DNA from: Carcharhinus amblyrhynchos
Taxonomy: Eukaryota
Direction: 5' to 3'
Length of the DNA stretch: 64,000 nt
NCBI GenBank assembly: GCA_965287045.1
Contig: OZ336872.1
Coordinates: 100,316,001 to 100,380,000, forward strand
A program made the translations under genes and the position numbers. How positions within the stretch are numbered: the first letter of the stretch is position 1; each line of letters opens with the position of its first letter. This document shows, in pieces, positions 34,283 to 49,000 of the stretch. The notes below the pieces were generated by a model, which saw nothing but the letters and a program-made list of their open reading frames with translations, made no database searches and was not told the origin of the DNA.

Positions 34283-36298
34283 GTCTTTCTGTCATTCTGT
34301 CTTTCAGTTAATTTCATATCCACACAGCGATTACTCCTTTTATGGGTTTCAATTTTGTTAACAGACTTATTTGGTACTTTATCAACCTCTTTTGAAAATC
34401 CGTATTAAACCATCAATCACACCACCCTCGTCAACTGTCTCTTATAATTTTGTCGAAGAACTTAATGAAGTTAGTCAAACATAGCTTGTTTTTAAACATA
34501 TCCTTTCTGGCTTTCATTTATTTATCCATATTCTTTCCACATGCCAAGTTTCCCACCACTGATAGTGGATTAATTGACCGGTAATTGCTGAGTGCACCCT
34601 CACCTCTTCGTTGAACAAGTGTCTACATTTGTAATACTGTAGTTCTTATTCACAGCTCCCATATCCAAGGAATATTTTGGATAGAACCTCTACCTTTGCT
34701 TCCCTCAGCAATGTAAGAGATATCCATCATACATGAGGTCAGTTTTTTAAGTACTCCATTTTATGTATTTTTATTCCTTTAATTTTCTCAGCTACTCTCT
34801 TTGTTTGACACTGGAAACATTCTCTTTCAGTGAAGATAATTGCAAATTATTCATCTGGTATCTCAGCTATGCCCTGTGCCTCTGTGAGAAGATACCCTGC
34901 CCCTTTCCTATTTGCATACTTTTATGTTTTATATCTTCTATGCTGCACCACTGAAAAATTTCAATATGGGCAAAAAATTTGAATGCAGACAATTCAAAGG
35001 AAATTTAAATTTTGTTTGAATTTAACAACATGTTGAGATAATACAAAGTAGGAACAGGAAAGTTTAGAGATTGCAAGACGGATTGGAGCAAATAAATGAT
35101 CCAAAATGCAGTTGAGAGGAGCAGACAATACTTAATGTATTTAGCATGATCGTTAATTTGTTAAAAGAGTACTCAGATTCTAACAACCTTGAGTCTCTCA
35201 ATTTTTTCCCCTGTTACTGGAAGAATCCCCAAGAACAGAACCTAAACTGTCATTGCCCCCTTTCAAACCATCAGTACTCCCCCACCTTCCCACTGTTCCT
35301 CGTGTCAGCTCATTTTATGCCCTTGTACCCCATCACCATTTTCTACATCAGCAATTCATTCTCGCCTTGATATTCCTGCCTTAATGCATTATTTCCTCTT
35401 ATGGTTATGATGGAAAATTATAAGCTCATGGTGTACAATATCTTGATGTGTGCTCCGAGCATGTGCCAAATGTAGTAGTCAAAAGATCTGTGATTTATTA
35501 CTCCATTAATGAGTTTGTTAGCTTAATTCAGTCTTTGATTTTGAGTCCACTAACAATCAATGACTTCATAACTACTCAAGTTTTATAGTTTATGCTACTT
35601 CCAAAATTTTTTAAATTTCAAAAATGTTTAGAGATTTTCTATCTAAACAAAACATACAACTCAATACAAACAAGTCCGATTACCAACAGCTGACAGTTAT
35701 GCAATCTCTTCTAATCATTAACAAAGAAATCATGATCACAGATGTTACTGTTCACATGTCTGTCTGAGCAAGTCCTGATAACAACTGTATGTATTAATAA
35801 ATTTAAATAAGTACCAGTGTTGTATAACTTTGTTTTCTTGTCTCAAGACGTGGGTTCAAAACCAGTTCCAATTGAAATAGGTTCAGTAACATTGATAGTT
35901 GTTTCCTCCTGGTTATTGAGAATTTGAAGTAAAATGAGTTTTGATAATTGGTGGTTTCTGGTGCGTTTCAATTTCAAACAAGCAGCTTGAAATTCAGCAA
36001 TTACAGTTACTGGAATGGAGCTTTCATTCAGATAACATATGGAAATTAAAATTATACACAGATGCAGCTGAAGTGCTATTTTGTTACAGGCCTGGTATAA
36101 GTGCTGTAGAGGAAAGCTTCAATTACTCTATATCATTTAAGAGATTCTTAACTAAAATGGAAATTGCTCTTTAACATGCAGAGTTTATTTGTGCTCATTG
36201 CAATGAAGCTTTTTGTCTCACAGTTTATAAAGTTTAATTATTTTTACTAATTTTGGTTTCAGACTCCCAATGTGACATGTTGATTGAAGAAATCTGAC

Positions 36299-37049
36299 AT
36301 GCCGTCTTCAGCTATACCCAAAGAACGTAGCAGGCAACGTATTGAAAATCCCATTGAAGCTTGGCGCATGCAAAATGATGCGTGGAACCATGAGACCAAT
36401 TTGGAAATAGATGAAAGCAAAAGCCTATTAGAAGACCACAACAATCGATTATCAGAACCTAAACGTAAAATTGTCCTAAAAAATGATTTTGATAACATTT
36501 TATTGCTCTTATTCCTCTATGTGTTGCAGGGAATTCCACTTGGTTTGGCTGGGAGCATCCCACTTATACTACAAAGCAAAAATGTTAGTTATTCAGATCA
36601 AGCTATTTACAGCTTCGTGTTTTGGCCTTTCAGTCTAAAACTGCTGTGGGCACCCTTAGTGGATGCTGCTTATTTTCCAAACTTTGGACGGAGAAAATCT
36701 TGGTTGGTGCCAACTCAGTATCTTTTGGGACTTTTTATGCTTTGTCTATCATTCAAAGTGGAGGCACTGCTGAGAAGTGATGAACACACTAGCCCTGATA
36801 TTGTTAAACTCACAGTTGTGTTTTTTATATTTGGGTTTCTGGCTGCTACTCAGGATATAGCAGTGGATGGCTGGGCATTAACTATGTTATCCAAAGAAAA
36901 CGTAGGACTTGCTTCTACTTGTAATTCAGTTGGACAGACAGCTGGGTATTTTCTCGGTAATGTGCTCTTCTTGGCATTGGAATCAGCAGAGTTCTGCAAC
37001 ACATATCTACGTTCTCAATCTCAACCAACTGGAATTGTCACTCTATCAG
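36299..37049 (+). CDS. SLC33A1: SLC33A1 first coding exon (exon starts at 36263)
   Basis: MPSSAIPKERSRQR...GIVTLS, donor G|GTAAAG. Confidence 0.95.
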
Positions 37050-40000
37050 GTAAAGTGCAGACAATCTTACTTAAAAGTAGTTGAAGTTCAAGTATTTTGG
37101 TTTAATTAAGTGTGAATTATGGCTTTAGGTGACACTATTAGTAGCTTTTGAACTTTAGTTGTAAAATTCCTGTCCTCTGATGCATTTTAATGATGCAGAA
37201 GCTGCATGCAGTTTTAGTGTAAAAACTTTGGGTGGCAGCAGTTAGTGCAGGATCAAGGTATGACTATGGAGGATTAGTGTTTTATTGATATGTATTTTGA
37301 ACATTGGCGTTTTAGAAATCCACCATGTTAAATGTTTGTTCTGACTTTTTGGTGTTGGTATGGGGCTTTTTAAAAAAAAATCCCAGTTCTGTCAGTCAGT
37401 GGAACCAAGAGCTGACTGCAGAGTTGAGTTTGGTGGAGGAATAGATGCAGGAGAGACTGAGCTGGTCCTCCAGCCATAGATTCTGTCATTATTGAATAAG
37501 TTATCAATGACTTTAGTCATTATTCTCACTTAATGTTCTAATAATTAGATTACAACTTCCCCTCTGTTCTGTTGATATTGGTAGGAAACTTCGTTTATGA
37601 GGGAGACTAAGGTAAAACTAAAAGCATTGTTCACATACGGTGTGCTTAAACCACTTTTACAGACTGCTAATGCACTAGTGGCCATAGAGGATCTGCATGT
37701 TGGGAGTTGGCAGCTTTAGCACAACGTATAAGTGGCTTCAAAATCTGAATCTATAAATGTGCTCCACTTAGTTTCAAGTGAAGTTTAAAAGTTAATTTCA
37801 TAGATATTCCCTGTGCCCTGTTCATTGCATTGCTGCTCAGTGATTCCCTTTAATGTGTGGATTTGCTTCATAGAATAATTCTGGAGGAAACTATAGTCCT
37901 TGACTGCAAATGCAGCATGCTGTTCCTTTTTGTTATTAAAGGAACCTTATGTTTCTATGTATGTTCTTGCATGTCTATGCTTTTTTGATTTTATGCAAGA
38001 TTGCTATCATTTATCTAATGTGTTTTCACCTTTTATCTTCATGGAGAACTATTTTTTGAGAAAAACTTATGCATTCCTAAAATTATCTGAATTCATGGAG
38101 GACATGACTAAATTCAAACCCCTCTTTCAAATTAATAAGTGGTTACTGTATGTAATAGTACTCTGTGTATGATTGCATCGCATCTTCACAACTGTTGTCT
38201 TTTTTTATCTGCCCCTTCCCCCTTGCACAGTTTTTATATTTGTATCAAACTGCAGTAAATGAGATTATTCTTGAATAGAACGGTTGCTGAAATTTCAGTC
38301 CAAGTTTGAATACCCAATCTTCCAGAAATTTTAAGTTTTTCAAGACTAAGATAATTGGATTTTCTGTGAAGTAATTATTTATTTAGTGAATGCAAAAGTC
38401 CTAAACCAAGCAGTTTTTTCCAGTCCTGCTGATTTGAGTGCAGATAGGTCTCTATTGAGTCTATGGGTTGGACACTCTTCTGTGAGGTGGTGCATAGTTT
38501 GCTGTTCCCCACAGGCACATGGGGACTGGCACTCCTGTCCCATTTGTGGAGATTGGTCAAGTGGGAGCTGTGGCCAGCCCTGAAACTGTTGAAGGTTGGA
38601 CCACTCTTTCTTTGGTAGATTGAAACCAGACAACTGTTGGGTTATGTTTGAGACCAGTTACTTTGTTTGCCGTGTCCGATGATTCCCGTTTATTTGTTCA
38701 GGTAGAATTTGCATTGAAGTCCTGTGTGGGAGGGTTTTTCCAGATCGGCATTCTTGATGGGAGTCATACTTTGGACTCAATAGATCAGTTTGAAGTAGCA
38801 AATTGTGTGTGTGTGTGTTGGGGGGGGGGGGGGGGGGGGTGCATGGTGAAATTTTTTCTATCATTTTATGGGTTGTTGCATGTTGTTAGACGTGGGGTAG
38901 TGCTGTTGCCAGGACAGGAAGCCAAGGGAGTGGTGTAGTATGCTTGGCAGAATTCAGTTGGCTGGCAACTCCGTGTGCACATGCCAACTTGATTGCCAAC
39001 CACACCGACATGCCCACAAGATTGTTTCCTACCCTGGACACCATCTCTGCTTTGGTTTTCTGTGGTATGTGCAGGCTCAATAATATATTATTCCCTTCTC
39101 TCCATCCCATGTGCCAACCCCATTGAGTGTATTTCCACTTTTACAGCTCTTTCTGATCCACTGATGAATGTGTGTTTGACTGTTCCTTCATGCTGAGCAG
39201 TTTGCTGCTTCCCTTTTCTTCCTGCCTGTGCTCCAGAAAACCAATAAGATAATTTAGATGTATTTGAATATTTAACAAGAATTTTCCAGCTAGATATCAG
39301 CTTTAATAATGTATTAACAATTAGTATTTTATGTTGCTGTCACAAAGGATCTCCAGCCATTTTTGTTTGTGAACAGGTTGTAATTTTAACTAAGTGTATA
39401 ATGTTTATTTGAAAAACTGTATAATTTTTAAACTGAAATACAGATAGCATTTTATTTTTGCTGCAATTCACTTCTCTCATATTTCTGCTTTCATTCTGGA
39501 ACCTCAGGTTTGAATCATAGAAGCAAAGGAGTTTTAAATACAGAATTAAGATATTTGGTAGCTCCTTGCTCTCATGGTTTAAAATCAATCCCACTACTCT
39601 GTGGTTTTCCAGTTGTCCAGTACCTTCCTCTGCTTCAAATCTTTATTTCATTTTCTCTTAAAAGATATAGTAGTCTCTGCCTCAACTACTAAAATCTTCC
39701 ATACTCCAATAACTGTCTGTTTAAAAAAAAAACTCATAACCTTTCCATTATCGATTTTTAATCTCTCATGACTGATTAAAACTGTATTAAATTTGTTAGA
39801 TACAAATTTCAATGACCATATGTTAGGGTAATCTGCATAATTGTTCAATATCATCCTTTAATACACTTATATTCTCATTTCCCGCATCCATCTGTAAAAT
39901 CTGATGCAAAATAATTAATGTATTTCCTGTAATACCTTCATCTTCCATGATTGGACTTGTTCTTCATCTCTGAGCAGCTCAACTGTTAATTTTCTATACT

Positions 40001-43000
40001 TCTATATACCCTATTTGTTTTTATGCTATCTGCTACCTATGTTTCATATTCTCCTTTAGCCTTTTAATCTCATTTAGCACCTTATATTTCACTTTTCATC
40101 ACTGAACTGTTCTTTTTATATTTCTCATGCTTTTCCATAGTATTAAAGCTGCAACCTTATTGAATATCTAATTTTCAGTCTGTTTATTTTCCATTTATTC
40201 ATAAAACTCTTGAAGCAATTTTCTGCCTTTTGTGTGTCTTCAATTTGAGGCTTCCCCACTATTGATCCTGTGACCTGTTTACTAATTTTAATGCATTCAT
40301 GGGATGTAGGCATGCTAGGCCAGCATTTTTTGCCCATCCCTAATATTGCCCTTGAGAAGGGGCTGGTGAGCTTTCGTTGGCTACTCCGTCAGCCGAAAAT
40401 GTTAAAACCTGAATTTTTAAGTGCTTATCCGATTCATATCTAAGCTGTCCTGGTTTGTAGCCCCTTTGTCACATCCCACTAATTCTCCTGTTTGTTTAAG
40501 TGATCATTGCAGTAATCTACAAACCACTCATTCCTGACTCTAATTTCCTTGCTACGCTATCTTTCCATTTTCTTATTTTCATTTTGATCTACCCCATATC
40601 TTTTCTTCAGCAGTGTTTTTATCTCTCACTATCTCATTTCCTCTTTCTTCTTTGATAATTACCCACTGTTTACACTTGGATTTGAAACAGAGGAAAATGT
40701 TATTCCAAGGACAGTTAAGGATCCTAAGTAACAAACAGGTGGGCAATCTCAATTCACTTTCTGCTGAGTCCACAGTAGAAACTGCCCAAAATTGTTTCCT
40801 AGCCTTTGCAAATATGTAACAATGATGAGTAGAAATGCTAAGGTGTGGTTGTGTCTGTTAAGAATAAAACAATAGGAAGTTTGAGCTGCAGCTCGTCTGT
40901 GCTAGATCTACAGAGGATATTTATTATTAGAAAGAGAGAATATCCTTGAGAGCTCATATAATCTCTTTGAAGTTAAGAAATAATAAATAAGTTTCAGATT
41001 AGTTGGTGCATTCTATAAGCCATCAGATATTGAGGTGGATATAGATGAGCAGATTTGAAAATAAATTAGTGTGGTACAAGCACTATACAGTGATGATGGA
41101 GAATTTTAATTACTCCAGTATTGCATAAATCAGTTATTGTGGTTAAGTGCAGAGGAGGGAAGGAATTTCTGAAGTATGTTCTAGAGAATTTTGATCAGTA
41201 TGTTTCCTCCCCAAGAAGGAAGCTATATCTAGTCCTGGGGAATGAAGTTGTTTCAGTTGAGAAGCATCTTGGAAGATTTAGATTAGTTATCAAGAAAGAC
41301 AAAGAACAGTCTAGAATTAAAAAAGTAACTGAAAGAGGCTAATTTTAATAATTTGTAGAAGAATCTGGCAGTGGAGTCAAAGAGTGGCTGGTAACTGTTA
41401 CGTATTGACCAGTAGCTAACATAAAGAGGAAGAGTAATGAGGTGCCACACTTGTGAGTTTCAGTAAAACATGATGCAGGTTTATTAAGAAGATATTGCTT
41501 GCTCCAAGACCTAGATGGAAGAGCCACATATTTTTCTGCTTGCATTACTACAGTTGAGACCAGAAGAGTTGCAACTAGTTAACAGTAACAATGGAGAAAT
41601 GGGTAGCCTTTAAAAAGCAGTTGGTTCAGCTACAGTCCAGGTATGTTACAAGGATTGGAAAAGGAGGGACAACCAAAGACAGAGTTCCCAGGATGACACA
41701 GGAGTTGAAGCATAGGATGGAGCAGAAAAGACAAGTATATGAAAGATGTCAGCTTGATAACACAAGAGAGAATTAGGCTGAATTCAAGTACAGAGAAGAA
41801 CTGATAATAGAATTAAGAGGTGGAAGGAGACAGTACAAGAATAGATTGGCAGCTAACAAATAAAAGAATGCAAAGATAATCTGTAGGCATATTAACATTA
41901 AAAAGGCTGATCAAGGAATGGTGAGGCTAATTAGGGATCAAAATGAAGATGTATTGGAGGTGGCAGCACGCACGTATGAGGTACTGAATGAGTACTTTGC
42001 ATCATTGCTTATCACGCAAGAGGACCAAGATGTGATGTTTTGAGTAAGATTTAGCATCATATCAAGCCTAAGATCAGATGCGGTGCCTTTTCTTGTCAGC
42101 TTGCATCTTGTATGTCTCTCCTGTGGGGACCATGAAATGGATTCAATTTGAATTTTTTTTTGGAGCAAGCAAGGAGATAGATTAAGGATAAAAGCAAATT
42201 ACTGTGGATGCTGGAATCTGAAACCAGATTATTACAGATGCTGCCAGACCTGCTGAGATTTTCCAGCATTTTCTGTTTTGGAAATAGAGTAAGGGCTTGT
42301 CCTGTTCACTCTGTGCATTGGTTTTGTAACTTCAAGAATGGAGTAATTTTCTTTTAAAAAGCAGTGTGATCTTCTTCATTAGCAAATGCAAAACAGAAGC
42401 AGAGAGAAAACATGAAGAAAGGAAATCCCAAGTCAGTCAATATTCAACTGTCAGCAGTACCCTGTCCTATTTGCAGCAGGGCCTTTATGACCCAGATCAG
42501 CTTTTTTAACCATCTACGTGCCCACCAGAGCACTACCAAACACCCCAGATTATGAATATGGCCACCTTTGCCTCAAAGGTCAAACAATAAGGCAAGTGAA
42601 CTTGTTGACAACATCCTCAATGACATAGAGGAAATACAGAAAAGGTTTGCAATAAGGTCTGAAGAATGGAAATGTTTACACCCTTGCTCATAAAAGTAGA
42701 GGAAGAATAACCTGGCAGTTACAGACCAGTCAATTTAATATCTGTGGTGGAGAAGCTTTTTGCAACAGTTCAGGAGAGAATTAACAGCCACTTGGACAAA
42801 GCGTGTCTAATGAAGAAAAACAAGCAGGGAGTTGCTAAAGGACAAATCCGTGTTTGACTAACATATTTAGTTTTCTGAAGAGGTAGCCGTAATTGTGGAT
42901 GTTGTCAGTGCACTTGATGTGTGTATGAATGTTCAAAAAGCGTTTAATGAAAGTGAAGAAAATATTAGGAGTTCTCCAATGTTCAGTTCTATGGCAATTG

Positions 43001-46000
43001 TTCTTTTTTGATAAACATTAAAGACTTGACTATGGGACACAGGGTGCAGTTTCTAAGTATGCGGGTGAGACAAAGCAATGAGGAAATTAGTAAATAGATT
43101 TCAGGAAGTTATGGACTGGTGAAATGGGCAGACACATAGCAGATGGAATTAAGCGCAGCAACGTAAGCGGTGGTACTTCTTTTAGGATGAATGAGGAGAG
43201 ACAATAGGAAAAAAGTGATATGATTTTAAAAGGACTTCTAGAGTGTCCTGGAATGTTAATGCACAAAGCTTTGAAGGAGGCAGAACAGGTTAACCAAGAC
43301 ATATGTAACACAAAGGATTTTGGGCTTTATAGATCGGAAAATGGAAGTACAATCATGCTAAACCCATATAGTTCAGCCCCTTTTGGAGAATTTTGTTCAA
43401 TTCGGGGCTTTACCAAGGATGTAAAACTTTAGAGTAGGTACAGAAGAGATTTGATAGAATGGTTCTGGAGATGAGGTTTTGCAGTCACATGGATAGACAG
43501 GATAAGCTGGGTTGCTCTCTTTAGAGCAAAGGTTAAGAGAAGATTTATAAGATATTAAAATCATGAAGAGTTTAAATTAATGAGTAAATAAAGAGAGACC
43601 ATTTCCAAAGACTGGTGAGTCAATACCCAGAGGGCACAGATTTAAACTAATTGCATAAAAAAATCATGTTTTTTTTTGACAATGAGTTATTAGGATTTGG
43701 ATTGCACTGTCTGACCAGTTGGTGGATACAGATTTAATAGTGGCCTTCAGAAAGAAACTGGATAAATATCTGAAGAAAAATTGCAAAGATAAGGCGAAAG
43801 AGTAGGTGTGTGGGAGTTATTGGATTGCTCTTTGAATGAACCAGCATAGACTCGATAGGCCAATGGTGTCCTTCTGACTCATTCAATTCTAATTCTATGA
43901 CACCATGTACAAGATTGAATATCAATTCTTATTCAGCAATGTCAGCATCCCTGCCCGGCCTGTTCAGAAGCCATTTTAAAATACAGGGCTTCTTTGCCAC
44001 AGTACTTCCAAAAGCTTTGTATTTTCTGTGGTATGTCTGTGGCAGTAGGATAGATTTCCCTTAACTGGTGCATGCAAGTAATATGATAGGTTTTCTTGTG
44101 CATGTTGAATATGACTGAGGAAAGAGATAGGACCTGATTATCTAGTTTTAAAGTAAAAACAATGATGTTATTCAGTTTTCTATGTCGTCTCGTTTACATT
44201 TTCTGCAGAGAAATTCTAGCTTTCTCATGTATCTTTTTATTTCAATTCTCTACTTTCAGGTTTTCTCTTTTTCTGGGGAATAATTTTCATAGTGACAACA
44301 ACCTTGGTTTTGCTATTTAAAAAGGAGAACTTGGAACAGACTTCGTTACATCATGTTCCTCAGCAAGGAATCAAGGAAACCTACAAGTTGCTCATCTGTA
44401 TAATAAAGTTACCTGCCATCTTAAACTTCTGCATCATGCTGCTAACAGCAAAAGTAAGCTGACTTAAGTGGATTCGAACAATCTTGAAATCATACAGATA
44501 TTTGACATATTTCAGTGGTGACTTGAAGTTTGACAAATCAATTTTCAAAGTTTATTAATCACAAAAATAAACATTTTTAATCAGTGACTAGTCCACTTGT
44601 GAGTAAGCTGAACTTTAAAAATATACAGAACCATTTACTATATTGGTGTTTAAAATTCTGCCGAGTTTTCCTCATTTGAGTAAATTGCACCTGAGCAGAA
44701 GTTCCAGACTGATATTTTTAGTGAGTAACAAAGTTTTATACCATATTTGTATTTCTTGTTTTAGGTAGGATTTCTTTGGTAAATGAGAGGTGCACTTCTA
44801 GACCACGTTATAAACATTTTGTGTCAGTGTATGTAGAACAAGATCCTCCGTTGAAGTGTAATTGCAAATATTACTGTAAGGAATTTTTGAGGGTTCTCTC
44901 AATCATCGTTTATAACTTCAGCAGTCATCCAGTTTACTTTATGCATCTGGGGTAAAACTGTGATGCCCGATCATGAAAGCTCTCTGGATGAAATTCCTGA
45001 GGTACTATTTTAGTAGTGTTACGAATAGCCACAGATAGCAAGACAGAAGTGAAATTCAGCAGTATGTCCCTTATTTTAGTACTAGTCAGAAATAATTCTG
45101 CTAACAATTGTGCAAGTTCTTTTTATTTCATTGCACACATTTAATCCACCTGGGTTATACAGACATCTTGATTTCCAGGTAAATATTTAAGATGATGGGT
45201 CAATCGTAACCCAGTGATCTAATTTTCATTAAGAACTGTCATAATGGCTAATGGTGGGGGGGTTATGTCTTAGGTTGTTTATTTAAAGACAAAAGTCTGT
45301 GTTACATTTATATAATTTTATTATTTGTAACATTTTCACTTAGGGAATTGGGGTTGTTTATTGATGACTTTCATTCAACGTTTCAATTAATCTTTGGTTT
45401 TGGATGCACCTAAACATGCAGTGTTGACAAAACTGACTTGAGCTTTACGTAGGTATTATTTTACCTCTTTCAAAGACTAAATAATATCAGCTGTGAAGCT
45501 GAATGATTCAGGATACTGAACTTCATAATTATTTCCTGATCACTATTGGCTAATAAAATTTTTTTTTATGGGCTGGCCCAGTAAAACCAGTGGTCACTGG
45601 TGACCCCTAGGATGTTAATGCTGGGACTAGTGCATAACCAGGGAGTAGGGATGGATTTAAACTAAATAATGGGGCAAACAGATTATGTAAGAGGAGCTGT
45701 GATAAATCAAAGGGAAACAATGAGCTGTTGGGGGAGGAAAGCAATTTAGGTAATGATAACAGGAGTGTGGCAGAAAGCTACAGAGTTTAAAGAGTGTGCA
45801 AGCAGATAAGGCCAGAAAGGCCCCAAATCAGTGCGTAGCATTTGGAACAAAATGGATGATTTTTAAGATTTATCCTTTCACGGGGGCATCACTGGCTGGG
45901 CCAACATTTATTGCCCATCCCTCATTGAGAAGGTCGTATGGCACCTCTTTCTTGAAGTGCTGCAGTCCATGTTAGTACAGATGGAAATATCAGTATGACC

Positions 46001-49000
46001 TGATAGCCATTACAGACACATGGTTAAAAGGTAACCAAGGCTGGAACCTGAATATGGAAAAGAGTTTGATATTTTAAAAAGACGGAAAGTTGGAAAAGGT
46101 GCTGGGGTAGCTCTGAGAGGTATGGATGCCCTGAGTCCAGAAGTGAGAGTTTAGCTTGAAAGAGCAAGATATAGAATTAGTTTTGGGTTGTAATAAGAAA
46201 TGGGAAAGCTAGGAGGCCACTAATGGGAGTGGCTTTTCAATCTCCTAGCAGTAATTACAATGTACGACAGAGTGTACAGGAAGGAATAAATGAGGCATGT
46301 AAGAAAGATACCGCAATAATCAGGGTGACTTTATGGGTGAATTAAATTGGTAAAGGTAGTTTTGAAAATGAGTTTGTGTCAAATACACATTTTCTTAGAG
46401 CAGTACATTTTAGAGCCAAACAAGGAGCAGATATTTCTAGACCTGATAATTTGCAATGAGAAAAGATTAATCAATAACCTCATGATAATTGTGCTTTTAG
46501 ATAACAATGATGGTAGCATGATAGAATATCATGTTCAGTTTGAAGTGGGAAAGTGTGGGGCTAAGGCTACTGTTTCAAACCTAAATGAAGGTAACTAAGG
46601 ATGTAAGCTGGGAAACTAGGGTAGAATATAGGACAGTAGAGATATAATAGCAGACTTTTGAGGAGATATTTAATAACTCTTAGCAAATATTTATCCCAGT
46701 GAGAAAGAAAGATTCTTTAAGAAGGATGCATAATCGATGGCTAAAAAAAGAGTTAAAGAATGCACCAGATTCAAAGAAACGCTCTGTAAATCTGCAAAGG
46801 TTAGTGGTAGGTTAGATTTTAAGGACCAAAGTGCTGGAAAAACACTGAAGGTCATGTTCCAAAGAGCTTTATTGGACTCAGAACATAACTCTGTTTCTCT
46901 CTCCACAGATGCTGCCTGACCTGCTGTGTTTTTCCAGCACTTTCTGTTTTCATAACTAAAGTTTGTGTTGGTTCTCTAGAAGATAAGTCTGGAAAATTGA
47001 TAATGAAAAGTAAGGAAATGATGGAGGCATTAAACAGACATTTTCTGTCTGTCTTCATTGTAGAAGACTTAAAAAAAACTTCCCAAAAATATTTGAAAAT
47101 CAAGAGGTAAGGGAGGACTTAAACCAATCACCATTACTACACAAAAGGTGTTGTGAAAGCAATTTGACCTAAAAGCTGACAAGTCCCTAGGACCAGATGA
47201 CCTGCATCATAGGGTCTTAAAAGAAATGGCTGCAGAGATAAATGCATTTGTTATTATCTTTCAAAATTCTTAGATTCTGGAGTTGTCCCAATGGATTAGA
47301 AAATTTAAAAAAAATTACTTTTATTCAAGAAAGGTACAAGACAGAAAGCAGGAAAGTTACAGGCCAGTTAGCCTAACATCTGTAACCGGGAAATTGCTAG
47401 ATTCATTATTAAGGAGCTTATAGCAGGATCCGTAGAAAATCATAATGGATTCAGGCAGAATCAACATAGTTTTATAAAAGGGAAATAATGTTTAACTAAT
47501 CTATCAGGAATTTTTTGAAGAAGTAACAAGCGTGATAGATAAAGGGGAACCTGTGGATTGCATACTTCGATTTCCAGTGTCAGATCAAATGTTACTGCAC
47601 AAGTTAAGAGTACCTATTCATGGGGTTACATATTAGCATGTGTTTGGTTACTTAACAGGAAATAAAAGGTAGGGATAAAATGGGTCACTTTCAGGTTGGT
47701 AAATTGTAACTAGTAACTGTAACAAGGATCTAGGGTCTCCACTACTTGTAATCTTTATCAATGACTTGGATTAAAGAATGTATGCATGTTAATTACATTT
47801 TCTGATGACACAAAGATGGGTAGGAAAGTTAATCCTCAAGAAGAGGTAGAGAGTCTGCAAAAGGATTGAATGGAAAACAATTTGGCAAATGGAATATAAA
47901 GTGGGAAAATGTGAACTTGGAATCATAGAATTCCTACAGTGCAGAAGAAAGCTATTTGTCCCATCAAGTCTGCACTGACCACAATCCCACCCAGGCCCTA
48001 TCCCCTTAACCCCACATATTGGTTTCCCTGCTAATCCTCTTAACACTAAGGGGCAATTTAGCATGGCCAATCAACCTAGCCTGCACATCTTTGGACTGTG
48101 GGAGGAAACCGGAGCACCCAGAGGAAACCCAGGTAGACACAGGGAGAACTGTGGTTTTGATTTAATATGATCTGATTTATTATTAGAAAGGCAAATGAAA
48201 TGTTGGTGTTAGTGCAAGGGAGAATGGAATATAAAAGTAGGGAAGTTTTATTGTAACTGAACAGGTCCAGTGAGACCACATCTGGAATAGTATGTTCAGG
48301 TTTGGCCTCCTAGTTGAAAACTGATATTGCATTAGAAGCAATTTAGTGAAGGTACACTCAACTTGTTCCTGGGATGAAGAGCTTAACTTGTCAAGAAAGA
48401 TTGAATAGGTTGGGGCTGTACCCATTGAAGTTTACAAGAATGAGAGGTGATCTTATTGAAACATACATTATCGTTAAGGGACTTGATAGGATAGATACTG
48501 GGAGAACACTAGAACTAACGGGCCAAAGTTTATGATTAAGAAGTCTCCTTTTTAAGAGACGTGGGATTCTTTTTTCTCTGAGGGTGTTAGTATGTGGTAT
48601 TCTCTTCAGAAGATGGCGGAGACTGGATCATTGAATCTATTCAAGATTACTATTGCTTTGATAGACAAGGGTTGTGGAGATATTGTCACTGGATTAATAA
48701 TCCAGAGACTCAGTAATGTTCCAGGGATTTGGGTTCAAATCCCATCATGACAAATGGTGAAATTTTAATTCAGTGAAAATCTGGAATTAAAAGTGTGATG
48801 CTGACCGTGAAACTATTCTTGATTGTCATAAAAACCCATCTGATTCAATAATGCCCTTCAGGCAATGAAATCTACCATCCTTACCTGGTCTGGTCTACCT
48901 GTGACTCCAGATCCACAGCAATGTGGTTGACTCTTAAATGCCCTTTCTAAGGCAATTAGGGATGAGCAACAAATGCTGACCTGGCCAGTGATGTCCACAT

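Noticed and set aside
36284-36298. ORF-track start at TTG 36284 for SLC33A1
   Set aside because: Non-ATG start. The ATG at 36299 aligns with the known N-terminus.
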